Notes: a model not told the origin generated them from the sequence alone. Positions 9,720-18,985 are shown, numbered from the stretch's first letter. The stretch is 47,719 bases of DNA from Candidatus Nanohalalkaliarchaeum halalkaliphilum (GCA_022729315.1 JALDAF010000001.1:1-47719), one strand, 5' to 3'. Numbers and translations are program-made.

Positions 9720-10034
9720 TTAACTCCAGATGTCGACACCGATCGCCTGCTTGATCTTGCTTCGCAGGTCGGCGTCTTCGCCTTCCTCGGTGATTGGGAT
9801 GACCACCGGTTCCACGGCATTCTGTATCTCCAGCCGCTTTTTCTCTTTGAGCGCATTCATATGATTTCCCTCAACAATTAAAACCCCTTGTTCGGTATCG
9901 ATAATATCATCTACGCGGGATGCAAACTCTTCTGCATCCATGTCGTATGCCTTGGATACGCCGGCCATGCGGAACCCGAGCGTGAAGGATTCCTCGCCTA
10001 CCACGCTTACCCGCACATGTTTTTCCTCTGCCAC
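9720..10034 (-). CDS. atpF: A-type ATP synthase subunit F
   Basis: 104 aa. VSVVGEESFTLGFRMAGV...GVLIVEGNHMNAL is typical of subunit F. 1-nt overlap with atpC. Confidence 0.85.
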   Translation of the reverse strand: MAEEKHVRVSVVGEESFTLGFRMAGVSKAYDMDAEEFASRVDDIIDTEQGVLIVEGNHMNALKEKKRLEIQNAVEPVVIPITEEGEDADLRSKIKQAIGVDIWS

Positions 10035-11083
10035 TACTTTGCCACCCCGTTGATCAGGTTGCGTTCGATGAACTCGTTCCCCAGTTCTTCTTCCTTGGCG
10101 CGGACGAGCATCCGCAGGTTGTTGAACTCGATCTCCTTGCAGATCATGAATCCGAGAATCGGATTGACGGATAGCTGGTCGCGGTGCAGCATCTGGATAC
10201 CTTTCTGTAGTTTGAACTTGTCCAGGGCGTGACTGATTTCTGCCGGGGACAGGTCTTCCGCATCCATGTATGCGCCGACCGCGCTTTCCCGGACCAGTTC
10301 CAGTGCGTCTTCGTATGATTCCTGTGCGGCGAGTTCATCGTTGTCCACAATCTGCTGTGATGTCGGGATATCGACCAGTCGGTCGATGATCGTTCCATAG
10401 TCATAGTTCCGTCGCTTCATGCGAAGGATCAGGTTGATGTTGATCAGTGCGGCTTCAAGCTGCAGGAACTCCATGAACAGTTTGCTGTGGCCGCCGACGT
10501 TCCGCGCCTCCTCCTGCAGGTTCCGGTAATAGTACAGGTCAAGAAGGTCCTCCATCTCTGTCAGGTTATCCGTATCTGCAAGCAGGTTCTGAAGGTTGTC
10601 GTTGAACCCTTCCCGTGTGAATTCGTCGATGATCGTTTCGATATCATCCATCTCCATGTACCGTTGCAGTGTTTCACGGTACATCCCCGGAGTGGGGATG
10701 AGCACATCGGTCACGTCCTCGTCGGCATCCCGCATATGTTTCCGGAGGATGATCTTCAGATTCTGTAGCTCGAACTTGCGGTAATATGCCTGTAGCAGTT
10801 CCTGTACGTCCTCTGGCGAGATATCGATCAGCTTGATGTATGTGTTCGCCAGGTTCTGTTTCAGGGCGCGCTCGATCAGTTCTTCTCCGCTGTACCGCGT
10901 ACCCAGCTCTTCGATCTCCTGGCTGTATCCGCGGTTGGTCAGGAACTCTGCGATAGCAGATAGTTCCATCTTGGAAAGTTTCCGGTATTCGCTGTCGGTG
11001 ATCAGGTTGGCTCTCATAACCCGGACCCGGGTGTTCGTGTACGGGTAGGTTTTGAACCGTGAGAGCCGTTTCGTGATCGTCAT
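10034..11083 (-). CDS. atpC: A-type ATP synthase subunit C (V-type d homologue)
   Basis: 349 aa. N-terminus YPYTNTRVRVMRANLI and an all-helical repeat layout. Position between atpE and atpF. Confidence 0.85.
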   Translation of the reverse strand: MTITKRLSRFKTYPYTNTRVRVMRANLITDSEYRKLSKMELSAIAEFLTNRGYSQEIEELGTRYSGEELIERALKQNLANTYIKLIDISPEDVQELLQAYYRKFELQNLKIILRKHMRDADEDVTDVLIPTPGMYRETLQRYMEMDDIETIIDEFTREGFNDNLQNLLADTDNLTEMEDLLDLYYYRNLQEEARNVGGHSKLFMEFLQLEAALININLILRMKRRNYDYGTIIDRLVDIPTSQQIVDNDELAAQESYEDALELVRESAVGAYMDAEDLSPAEISHALDKFKLQKGIQMLHRDQLSVNPILGFMICKEIEFNNLRMLVRAKEEELGNEFIERNLINGVAK

Positions 11084-11625
11084 TCAAAGAGCACCTTGGA
11101 GACGTCCTGCCGGTTTTCACGGATAACGTGCTCGGCAACCTTTTCGAACCGCATGTCGAACCGCCGGGAACCATCCGCAGTTTCAACGATCACTCCCCGT
11201 ACGTCCTTCTCCTTGAAGTCACCGTACCTGTTTGCTACCGATTTATGGTCCGGCGACACATACACGGTACCGATTTCGATGTCGTCGGAAAGTGATTCGA
11301 GCGCGTTCTCGATAAGCTCGGATTCCCGTTCACTGTCAAGGTTCTGTACACGTTCCTTGAACTGCTCGTACACGTCATCAAGGATGTCTTCACGAGCCTC
11401 AAGTCGTTTCCGTTTCGCCTCCATCCGTGCAGCAGATAAGCGTTTCCGGCGGATCGACTCCGCTTCGTTCTCTGCCTTGTTCTCTGCCTCTTCAACGATA
11501 CTGGACGCTTTTTCCTCTGCTTCGCTGAGTAGTTCGTCCCGCCGTGCTTCCGCTTCCTCGATGATCGTGTTTGCACGGGTTTCCGCTTCATTGAGGATCT
11601 CGTCTTTTACCTGTTCAAGTCCCAT
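11080..11625 (-). CDS. atpE: A-type ATP synthase subunit E
   Basis: 181 aa with a long charged N-terminal helix (EAEARRDELLSEAEEKASSIVEEAENKAENEAESIRRKRL) plus a globular C-terminus. Operon position fits. Confidence 0.8.
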   Translation of the reverse strand: MGLEQVKDEILNEAETRANTIIEEAEARRDELLSEAEEKASSIVEEAENKAENEAESIRRKRLSAARMEAKRKRLEAREDILDDVYEQFKERVQNLDSERESELIENALESLSDDIEIGTVYVSPDHKSVANRYGDFKEKDVRGVIVETADGSRRFDMRFEKVAEHVIRENRQDVSKVLFE

Positions 11626-11743
11626 TGTCCTTCATCCTGTGGTTCTCGTTCCCCCCTACACTGTGTTTCAACTTCCTCCGCCCTGCAGGGGGAAACGGGG
11701 GAAGGGTAAGTAATTGCGGGTCTTACACCGCAACCGGCGCTCG

Positions 11744-11798
11744 CATCTTTCCCAAAGAGGAAAGATGGTCGAACAGCGTTCTTGTTACGGAACGCTGT
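11744..11798 (-). other. Two adjacent perfect 9-bp stem-loops in the atpK-atpE spacer
   Basis: Stem 11744-11752 pairs with 11759-11767 (6-nt loop). Stem 11773-11781 pairs with 11790-11798 (8-nt loop). A weaker stem lies at 11715-11732 and the palindrome CCCTGCAGGG at 11681-11690. Confidence 0.5.
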
Positions 11799-11814
11799 GG
11801 CTGTAGGTACTGGT

Positions 11815-12039
11815 CTAAATGAATCCAAGTGCGACCAGTGCGACAACGAGTCCGAAGATAACCATTGTCTCCGGAATCACTGTCAGGATCAGACCGCGTC
11901 CGAACAGAGACTCGTCCTCGGCCATTGCTCCCACAGCTGCAGACCCGATGTTCGCCTGTGCCCAGGCGGTCCCGATCGCCGAAAGACCGATCGCGAGACC
12001 TGCGCCAAGTGCGTGCAATCCTGTGACTTCGAATGCCAT
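11815..12039 (-). CDS. atpK: A-type ATP synthase proteolipid subunit K (c)
   Basis: 74 aa, two TM helices, Gly/Ala-rich helix 1, and a conserved carboxylate in LILTVIPETMVIFGLV. Confidence 0.85.
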   Translation of the reverse strand: MAFEVTGLHALGAGLAIGLSAIGTAWAQANIGSAAVGAMAEDESLFGRGLILTVIPETMVIFGLVVALVALGFI

Positions 12040-12086
12040 TTTGTGTTTTTCACCTCGTTGAGTATGTGGATATACCTACCTGTTTA

Positions 12087-13958
12087 TTAGGACTTTTTTA
12101 TATGGTGAGTCCCGAATGGACGGTAGTATTCTCCGCCCCCGTGGAAAAACTTTGTGAAAAACTCCACGTAATGCAGCCGGATACCCTGTAAACCGGCTTC
12201 CATGATCTTGATGAACGTGTTGATAAAGTGGCCGACGATGATGATCGTGGCGCCTAGGCCGATCATCGCCAGGCTTCCGCTCTGGAACAGAGGTGTTGCG
12301 ATATCGTTCACCAGCTTGGCCAGTGCAACGACCGCGATAGATACGCCCAGCATCCGCAGGTAACTGAGGATGTTGGAGAGTAGTGACGGGATCTCGACAA
12401 CGCCCTCGACACCTTCGCCCTTGAACAGCATCACCACACCCAGCAGTGAGACGACGCCGCCGACAGGACCCCATGGCCCTTCGATACCGAGCACGTTTCC
12501 AGGGACGTACCAGACGGCGATACCGGCCTGGATCACGAGCCAGGAGATCTTGGCGAAGATGGCTTCGAGCAGTCCGTGTCGGATGTATTCATTGTAGGCT
12601 CCGACCAGGATACCGAAGTTGACATGGACGATACCGACGATCAGTGAGATCGCCATAACAGCACCGAACTCGTTCGGCCGATCGAACACGGTGGGGATCT
12701 GCGCCCATATCTCCATACCGGTCCAGGTGTGCAGATCATTACCTTCACCGAAAAAGTGGAACCCGAACGTCTCACCCCCGTACAGCAACCCGAATATGAT
12801 GGCGACGAACGAGGCATACATGAGTGAAAACCAAAGTCCTTTCGCCTCCGGCATCTTCGTATACATGAAATAGAACAGGATGAGCCCGCCAAGTCCGTAT
12901 CCCACATCGCCCAGCATGAACCCGAACAGCAGTGGGAACGTGATCAGGAGGAATGTTGGATCAACCTCCCGGTATGACGGGGTGCCGTACAGTTTGAGGA
13001 GTGATTCGAAATGGTCGATACCGGCAGGATTGTCGTGCTTGACTGGTGCCTCGTGCTCGTTTGATTCCAGTTCCTCGATGTGCACCCTGTCGTCCGTAGC
13101 CGCTTCCAACTCCTGTACAACTGTGTCATACATATCCGCGGGGATCCATCCTTCTGCGGAGAACGCGGTTTTCGTTGTCGCGAACTGGAGCGGGATCTCA
13201 GCTTTCTGTAGCGTTTCCATCAGCTCACGTTCCTTGAAGTCAAGGTAGCCACGCCAGTCCTGTGCCAGATCGTTCAGTTCGTCCTCCAGTTCGTCTTCCT
13301 GTTCCTTCAGGTTCCAGACCTGGTCCTGCAACCGTCCGATCTCGTTAGCGATGCTGCCCTCGATATCATACACATTGGAAAGATCGATCGGATCGAACCC
13401 GGATTCGCGTAACGCATCACTGATATCCACATCACTGTCCACGAACAAACCGATAAGATGACTGTCCTGATATAGTTCGTACCGGCCCTCGGGCAATGCT
13501 TCTTTGAACGAGAAATTTGATACGGTTCCTATATACGTGTCAAGCCGTCGGTAGTCCTCCACGTCCTCCGGATCAAGTTCAAGCCGTTGAAGCACACGCA
13601 GTTTCTTTAACTGGCTTTCCTTCAGCTCTTTCTCCTCCTGGACCTCTTCAAGATCTTCATGAATCTCGTTCAGTGAGAACTGCAGTTCCTCCAGCTGGGT
13701 TTCAACATCCAGACCGGTATCATCCCGTTCCGGACTGTCAACCGCCGGCATCTGTGACCGGATCGACCGGAGACGGATCAGTAACTGGGAAACCTCCTCG
13801 GTGTTATCCTGTGGATCACCGATGTCCAGCTCCCCGTCCTCCTTACTGTAATCATCGATATGGAGGATGCCCAGATCATGCAGACTGTCCACGATGGTGG
13901 ACAGCTGGGATTTTGGGCCGGTGATAGATATTTTCCGCATTTCCTCTGGCTGAATCAT
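12087..13958 (-). CDS. atpI: A-type ATP synthase subunit I (a)
   Basis: 623 aa. Soluble coiled-coil N-terminal half plus a multi-TM C-terminal half carrying the stator arginine motif ILSYLRMLGVSIAVVALA. Confidence 0.9.
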   Translation of the reverse strand: MIQPEEMRKISITGPKSQLSTIVDSLHDLGILHIDDYSKEDGELDIGDPQDNTEEVSQLLIRLRSIRSQMPAVDSPERDDTGLDVETQLEELQFSLNEIHEDLEEVQEEKELKESQLKKLRVLQRLELDPEDVEDYRRLDTYIGTVSNFSFKEALPEGRYELYQDSHLIGLFVDSDVDISDALRESGFDPIDLSNVYDIEGSIANEIGRLQDQVWNLKEQEDELEDELNDLAQDWRGYLDFKERELMETLQKAEIPLQFATTKTAFSAEGWIPADMYDTVVQELEAATDDRVHIEELESNEHEAPVKHDNPAGIDHFESLLKLYGTPSYREVDPTFLLITFPLLFGFMLGDVGYGLGGLILFYFMYTKMPEAKGLWFSLMYASFVAIIFGLLYGGETFGFHFFGEGNDLHTWTGMEIWAQIPTVFDRPNEFGAVMAISLIVGIVHVNFGILVGAYNEYIRHGLLEAIFAKISWLVIQAGIAVWYVPGNVLGIEGPWGPVGGVVSLLGVVMLFKGEGVEGVVEIPSLLSNILSYLRMLGVSIAVVALAKLVNDIATPLFQSGSLAMIGLGATIIIVGHFINTFIKIMEAGLQGIRLHYVEFFTKFFHGGGEYYRPFGTHHIKKS

Positions 13959-13997
13959 TGGTATCGTTGTCTCCGATCGTTTCCTCGAACCGTCCAG

Positions 13998-14318
13998 TTA
14001 TTCGAACTGTTCGAAGAATCGTTCTTCAAGGATGTCGACCGCCTCTGTAAGGCCGTCATCGTTTTCACGGATATTTTCTGCCGCTTCCTCCCCCTCAGAA
14101 AGGATGCGTTCAGCTTCTTCTTCAACATCTTCTTCCGTGTCACGGATGATCTGCTGCTTGCGTTCGGTTGCCGCCTCCTCTGCATCCGCAATGATCTTTT
14201 CATACTGTTCCTTCGCGTCCGAAACAAGCTTCTCTGCCTTCTCCTTTGCCTCAGAAATACGGGTTTCCGCCTGTTCCTCTGCTTCCCGGACCGCTTGCAA
14301 CGTACTCGTTTTCATCAA
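13998..14318 (-). CDS. atpH: A-type ATP synthase subunit H
   Basis: 106 aa, a single highly charged helix (REAEEQAETRISEAKEKAEKLVSDAKEQYEKII...). First gene of the operon. Confidence 0.7.
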   Translation of the reverse strand: MMKTSTLQAVREAEEQAETRISEAKEKAEKLVSDAKEQYEKIIADAEEAATERKQQIIRDTEEDVEEEAERILSEGEEAAENIRENDDGLTEAVDILEERFFEQFE

Positions 14319-14340
14319 ACTCGGTAAATGGATTATAGCC

Positions 14341-14353
14341 TATATTTTTAAAT
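14341..14353 (-). promoter_or_regulatory. TATA-like box for the atp operon
   Basis: The minus strand reads ATTTAAAAATATA, centred about 29 nt upstream of the atpH ATG (14318). This spacing implies a leaderless or near-leaderless transcript. Confidence 0.45.
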
Positions 14354-14397
14354 CGTGTACTTTCCGGATACAGCCCACCATCATCGGGGCGAAGTAC

Positions 14398-14404
14398 ATT
14401 TAAA
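14398..14404 (+). promoter_or_regulatory. TATA-like box for the divergent wHTH gene
   Basis: ATTTAAA centred about 36 nt upstream of the ATG at 14437. It lies close to the longer GTG-extended start at 14413, which disfavours that start. Confidence 0.35.
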
Positions 14405-14436
14405 CGAACAACGTGAATCCATGTACTGTGATACCA

Positions 14437-14796
14437 ATGGCAGACGACTCTAAGGACTCGAAGCGCGACGAACTTGTCGTGATGCGGATGATCAGTGAAG
14501 GAAAGGACCGGATCGGAGAGATCACGGAATCACTGGGATGGAAACGAGGACGCGTTGAGGAAACCGTCGAAGACCTGAAAGAAAACAAGTATGTGAAACA
14601 GGTGCAGGACGGTGGTGACCAGGTACTGAAGGTGACGGACCGCGGGGTCCGTGAAGTACCGAAACTGGCACGTGATGTTGCAGAGGATACCCGTGAATTT
14701 GTGGACTCTGTGATGGGATCGTTCCAGAAACACGTCAACCGCGTCATGCCGAACGTCACCGTCGACGTCAACGTCGAACAGGAGGACGAGGACTAA
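14437..14796 (+). CDS. Winged-helix (MarR/ArsR-like) DNA-binding protein
   Basis: Start trimmed to MADDSKDSK. ELVVMRMISEGKDRIGEITESLGWKRGRVEETVEDLKENKYVKQV...LKVTDRGV has a wHTH layout. Acidic C-terminal tail. Confidence 0.6.
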   Translation: MADDSKDSKRDELVVMRMISEGKDRIGEITESLGWKRGRVEETVEDLKENKYVKQVQDGGDQVLKVTDRGVREVPKLARDVAEDTREFVDSVMGSFQKHVNRVMPNVTVDVNVEQEDED

Positions 14797-14913
14797 CACA
14801 CTGGATGGGTGTAAAAAACCCATTCCAACCCTTTTTCTACTATTTTCCCGTTATCACCTAGCTCACTTCAACATGGGAAATCCCTTAAATTCTCGCATCT
14901 AATAACGGTTAAT

Positions 14914-15333
14914 ATGGAAGAAACACATCGTGGATATATTGTACTGGATGGAGAACTGCACCGGCACCGGCTGTATGGTGATGGGACGATAGTGAAGACG
15001 GAAGATGTGAATGGTGACGCTCCGTACATCGAGGGCACAGGGTATCCGGTATACCAGTTCTGGTCGATGGCTGAAGACGGGTGGAGCATAGAAGAGATTT
15101 TGGGCCGGTACAACCGAGATACGCAACAGGTTACTGAGGGGCAGGTGGAGAAAGCCCTTCAGTATGCGCAGCATCATGAGGAGGAGATGAAGGCGTTGAT
15201 GCGTGACAAGGAACGTGTGGAACGTGCTCTTCGAGAACGATCAGATGCGGATACGCCGAGGCCGGTGTACTACCAGGCTGCTGATGAAGATCCGTTAGAC
15301 GTAGATCTGGAGTACAGTTTCGATGTGTTCTAA
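14914..15333 (+). CDS. DUF433 domain protein
   Basis: PYIEGTGYPVYQFWSMAEDGWSIEEILGRYNRDTQQVTEGQVEKALQYAQ matches the DUF433 HTH-like core. It carries extra N- and C-terminal segments. Confidence 0.6.
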   Translation: MEETHRGYIVLDGELHRHRLYGDGTIVKTEDVNGDAPYIEGTGYPVYQFWSMAEDGWSIEEILGRYNRDTQQVTEGQVEKALQYAQHHEEEMKALMRDKERVERALRERSDADTPRPVYYQAADEDPLDVDLEYSFDVF

Positions 15334-15386
15334 TACTTCGTACTGCTTCATAGCCGGTAAAACGTATGTGGATTTCCCGGTAAAGG

Positions 15387-15515
15387 TTACTCCATCTCAT
15401 CCCACATATCCGGGATGTCCTCAACCGTCTCCTTGCAGAACGGACATTTTTCAGGCGGTTCATGGACCTCCATGTCCTCTTCATGACCACAGTTCGTGCA
15501 TTTGTACAGTGCCAT
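15387..15515 (-). CDS. Small zinc-ribbon (rubredoxin-like) protein
   Basis: 42-aa ORF below the track cutoff: MALYKCTNCGHEEDMEVHEPPEKCPFCKETVEDIPDMWDEME, with CxxC...CxxC. A TATA-like TTTTATAAT is centred about 31 nt upstream. Confidence 0.55.
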   Translation of the reverse strand: MALYKCTNCGHEEDMEVHEPPEKCPFCKETVEDIPDMWDEME

Positions 15516-15612
15516 ACCAGTGAATCTCTACCTGTGCTGGATTATAAAATCTGTGGTCTCTTCTCCCCGGAACATTGTGGTCAGTACTGCCATAAATCTA
15601 TTCTCCCAGTAT

Positions 15613-17517
15613 ATGGCTATGGAGGTTCCGTGGGAACAACTGAACAAACAGCAGCGCGCTGTCTGTGAGCATCTGGAGGGTCCGGTCCTGGTGATCGGCG
15701 GGCCGGGCAGTGGAAAGACGACGGTGATCCGGCACCGGTACGAGCAGCTTGTGAAGAACGGGGTCGACCCTGATAACATTTTGTTAACCACGTTCTCCCG
15801 TGCTGCGGCTGCCGAGCTCAGGGAGCGGATCACGACGGACACGGGTGGTGGAACCAACATCGGTACGATCCACTCCATCTTCTACAAGATCGTGCGGCAA
15901 CATTACGACAAGCTTGGGTACCACACAGCGAACCTGAACCTGTACCAGTCCGGTGAGATCCGGGAGCTGCTGCGGGAGATCGTGACTGAGCTGACGCACG
16001 GCAAAGGAAGCAGACATGTGATCAATGATACCGTCCAGTTCTACAAGGCCAACCTGGATCGGGTGCGGGCGAACGGGATGACACCGAGTGATATGGAGCA
16101 GGCCATGCAGGATGGTACCATCACGTTCCAGCACATCGTCTCGGACCGGGAGCTGGACACGATCGAGGATGCGGAGGAACGTTCTCCGGCGGTCTACCGT
16201 GAATTCCTGGATCGGTTGTATAACCGGAATGCGATCGACTACACCGGGATGCAGCACAAGGCATATATCGTGCTGAAAAATAATCCGGCAGCCCTGCAGC
16301 ATTACCGTGACCAGTACCAGTACATCCTCGTGGACGAGGCTCAGGACCTGAACTACGTGCAGTGGCAGCTTATCCGCCTTCTCGGAGAGGACCACCGGAA
16401 CGTGTGTATGGTGGGGGATGACTGTCAGAATATCTATTCGTGGCGCGGCTCGGATCACCGATACCTGCACGATTTCCGGGAGATATTCGAGGCCGCCGTA
16501 TACATGCTACCGAAGAACTACCGGTCCACACAGCAGGTGGTGGATGCGGTCAACCGGTTCATGCCGTACCTGAACGATGTGGAACAGAAAACACTGGTAT
16601 CTGACCAGGGACGGACACCACAGTCCGATGGGTTCCCACGGATCGACCACTACGAGAACGCGCACCTGGAACGGAACAAGATCGTGCAGAAGATCCATGG
16701 ACTGGTCGAGTCCGGATACGATCCCGGCGAGATCGCTGTCCTGCTTCGTACCACGGGGAGGAACGGTGAAAAGGTCGAGTCGTACCGGGAGCTTTTATCC
16801 GCGATGCGACTGGAATCCTCCGATACGCGGGGCTTCCGGTTCATGGAGAAGAAAGAGGTGCAGTGGGTGATGAACCATCTTAAAGCGTACATGAATCCTG
16901 ACGACGATATCGTGCTCCGGAACGTCCTTCTCTCCCATGGCGTTCCTCAGGATGCATTGGACGCATTGATGGAGGAACAGCCTGATGATAAAACGTTGCG
17001 GGCTCACATCGCGGATCTGACACCGCTCCACGCGGCCATCGTTGAACCGGATACGCTTCGCGAGATGCAGGAGGTGATCGATATGATCGTGGACATGGAC
17101 GACACCGACAACCTTGTAACGTACGTGTACGAGAAAACAGGGCTGAAGCAACGTATCCCGGACTGGAGCGGTGACACGGACTCCCGCCGCATGAACGTCA
17201 CCACCCTCCGCGAAGCCATCGCCGACTTCCCGCAGACACGGAGCGGTATCTCGGACTTCTTCGACTACATCGCCAATACGGCAACAGAAGAAGATACCAC
17301 GGGAGTGACCGTGACCACGATGCACGGAGCGAAAGGCAAGGAGTGGCGTGCCGTCTTCATCCCGGAACTTCGTGACGGAAACGTCCCACACCCGGTCGCG
17401 GCAAACATCGAGGAAGAGAAACGCCTGTTCTACGTCGCACTCTCCCGCGCCAAGGAACGCGCATACCTCTCATACCACGGCAAACCATCCGACTTCCTGG
17501 AATACCTGCAGCAGTAG
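15613..17517 (+). CDS. UvrD/PcrA-family superfamily-1 DNA helicase
   Basis: Start trimmed to MAMEVPWEQLNKQQRAV. Walker A VIGGPGSGKTT, motif II ILVDEAQDLN, NYRST, and C-terminal VTTMHGAKGKEWRAVFI...EEEKRLFYVALSRAKE. Confidence 0.85.
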   Translation: MAMEVPWEQLNKQQRAVCEHLEGPVLVIGGPGSGKTTVIRHRYEQLVKNGVDPDNILLTTFSRAAAAELRERITTDTGGGTNIGTIHSIFYKIVRQHYDKLGYHTANLNLYQSGEIRELLREIVTELTHGKGSRHVINDTVQFYKANLDRVRANGMTPSDMEQAMQDGTITFQHIVSDRELDTIEDAEERSPAVYREFLDRLYNRNAIDYTGMQHKAYIVLKNNPAALQHYRDQYQYILVDEAQDLNYVQWQLIRLLGEDHRNVCMVGDDCQNIYSWRGSDHRYLHDFREIFEAAVYMLPKNYRSTQQVVDAVNRFMPYLNDVEQKTLVSDQGRTPQSDGFPRIDHYENAHLERNKIVQKIHGLVESGYDPGEIAVLLRTTGRNGEKVESYRELLSAMRLESSDTRGFRFMEKKEVQWVMNHLKAYMNPDDDIVLRNVLLSHGVPQDALDALMEEQPDDKTLRAHIADLTPLHAAIVEPDTLREMQEVIDMIVDMDDTDNLVTYVYEKTGLKQRIPDWSGDTDSRRMNVTTLREAIADFPQTRSGISDFFDYIANTATEEDTTGVTVTTMHGAKGKEWRAVFIPELRDGNVPHPVAANIEEEKRLFYVALSRAKERAYLSYHGKPSDFLEYLQQ

Positions 17518-18465
17518 TTATCCGTCCTTTTTCTCCTTCACGTACCGACCCGCATCCAGCGCCGCCGCTGCACCTTCTCCCGCGGCGAGGATGGCCTGTT
17601 CCGTGGCGATATCGGTCACGTCTCCACACGCGTACAGTCCGTCGATGTTGGTGCGCTGATTCCTATCCTTCTTGATGTGGCCGTGTTCCGTCTTCTCCAG
17701 GTCGAGGTGGTCCACGATCTCCGTGTTGGGTATGCGCCCGATCTCGATGAACGCACCGCCGACCTCGAGTTCGTGTACGTCCCCGCTTTCTGTATCCTTG
17801 TACCGTAGCCCGTTCAGCATCTGATCCCCGAAAAATTCCGTTGTTTCGGCGTTGTTGATGATCTCGATGTTGTCCTGTTCCGGGATCTTCTCCACGGTGA
17901 TCGGTTCACCGGTCAGCTCCGGACCGATATTGATGAGGTACACCGTTTCTGCAACGTCGCTCATGAACAGGGCGCCTTCACACCCGGCGTACCCGCCGCC
18001 GATGATCGCGATCTCCTCGTCAGCATACAGGGGACCATCACAGACCACGCAGTAGGAGATGCCGCGGTTGTTGAACTCCTCCTCGCCATCCGCGCCCAGT
18101 GTCCTCGGCGAGTTCCCGGTCGCGATGAGCACGGTATGTGCACGGAACGTTTCATCGCGTGTGGTTACCGTGAACAGGTCATCGTCATCGTTCCTGTCAA
18201 CCCGTTCCACGCGTGTCATGTGGATATCGACGTAGTCCTCGTAGTCCCGGACGTGTTCCTCGTATTTTTCCGAGATCTCCTGCCCGGTCAGGTGTTTGAA
18301 CCCGAGGTAGTTCTCGATCGCATCCGTTTCCATCAGCTGACCGCCGAAATCCTCGGTCAGGATCGCCGTGTTCATCCGTCGCCGGGCCGCGTATACTGCG
18401 GCAGAGCATCCTGCCGCGCCGCCGCCGATGATCAGAAAATCATAGATATCGGTGTCGTCTGCCAT
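17518..18465 (-). CDS. trxB: Thioredoxin-disulfide reductase
   Basis: 315 aa. FAD motif IIGGGAAGCSAAVYA, redox CxxC in GISYCVVCDGPLY, NAD(P)H motif IIGGGYAGCEGA, and C-terminal GLYACGDV. Confidence 0.85.
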   Translation of the reverse strand: MADDTDIYDFLIIGGGAAGCSAAVYAARRRMNTAILTEDFGGQLMETDAIENYLGFKHLTGQEISEKYEEHVRDYEDYVDIHMTRVERVDRNDDDDLFTVTTRDETFRAHTVLIATGNSPRTLGADGEEEFNNRGISYCVVCDGPLYADEEIAIIGGGYAGCEGALFMSDVAETVYLINIGPELTGEPITVEKIPEQDNIEIINNAETTEFFGDQMLNGLRYKDTESGDVHELEVGGAFIEIGRIPNTEIVDHLDLEKTEHGHIKKDRNQRTNIDGLYACGDVTDIATEQAILAAGEGAAAALDAGRYVKEKKDG

Positions 18466-18559
18466 ACCGTATCAAGGTCTCAATACAAGTATTAAAAAGT
18501 AGCGATGGGTGAAACGAGGGGATGATTCGCTGCTTGACAGGTGGTGGAGACGGTACAGG

Positions 18560-18946
18560 TCAACGGTCGTACAGTCTCTCCATGGTTTCCTCTACAGTCA
18601 GAACGTCCAGTAGTGGTTCGATCTCACCTTCGTGACTGATCTCGTACACGTCCGTTTCCTGGTACAGTAAAAAACCGATCTCTGCCGCGGTCCCGGCTCC
18701 ATACCGGTCATCTTCGAATGGGAGAAACACGCCAGCATCGACGCCGGGAAGCACTTCTTCGAAGTAGTAGTCCATCCCGGTCACGCCGTCACGGTTGTCG
18801 CGCCAATCGTAATAGTTCTCTACATGGTCAGTAGGATTTTCGATCCGGTAATCCGGGAACTCATCTGCAATCACAGCAAGAAGTTCTTCTTCAAGTTCTT
18901 CATCCATCGGGATCGGATGTCCAAAATATATCGATTTTCCTGACAT
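18560..18946 (-). CDS. Hypothetical protein, possibly nucleoside 2-deoxyribosyltransferase-like fold
   Basis: 128 aa. N-terminal SIYFGHPI and later GAGTAAEIGFLL resemble the (Y)xAGP ... GTxxExGxA layout of NDT-like Rossmann proteins. Weak, by eye only. Confidence 0.5.
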   Translation of the reverse strand: MSGKSIYFGHPIPMDEELEEELLAVIADEFPDYRIENPTDHVENYYDWRDNRDGVTGMDYYFEEVLPGVDAGVFLPFEDDRYGAGTAAEIGFLLYQETDVYEISHEGEIEPLLDVLTVEETMERLYDR

Positions 18947-18985
18947 AATACCCTGTTACGGTGGAAACTGTTAAGCCAGTGATGA

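Noticed and set aside
15496-15612. N-terminal extensions of ORF-track models: 15496, 22744, 27137, 33327, 36573, 38906, 40914, 43879, 44707, 46146, 4009 and 31839.
   Set aside because: The extensions use GTG or TTG starts, or encode hydrophobic or Cys-rich nonsense. They overlap neighbouring genes or contain the TATA-like box that fits an internal ATG at about 24-32 nt. The trimmed N-termini match typical family openings.
14437-17517. wHTH, DUF433, Zn-ribbon and UvrD-like helicase genes as a possible defence island or toxin-antitoxin locus.
   Set aside because: Orientations are mixed and each gene has its own promoter. No nuclease, PIN/DUF5615 partner, methylase or ATPase effector is adjacent, and the helicase has all standard UvrD/PcrA motifs. 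This is more likely ordinary repair and regulatory genes.
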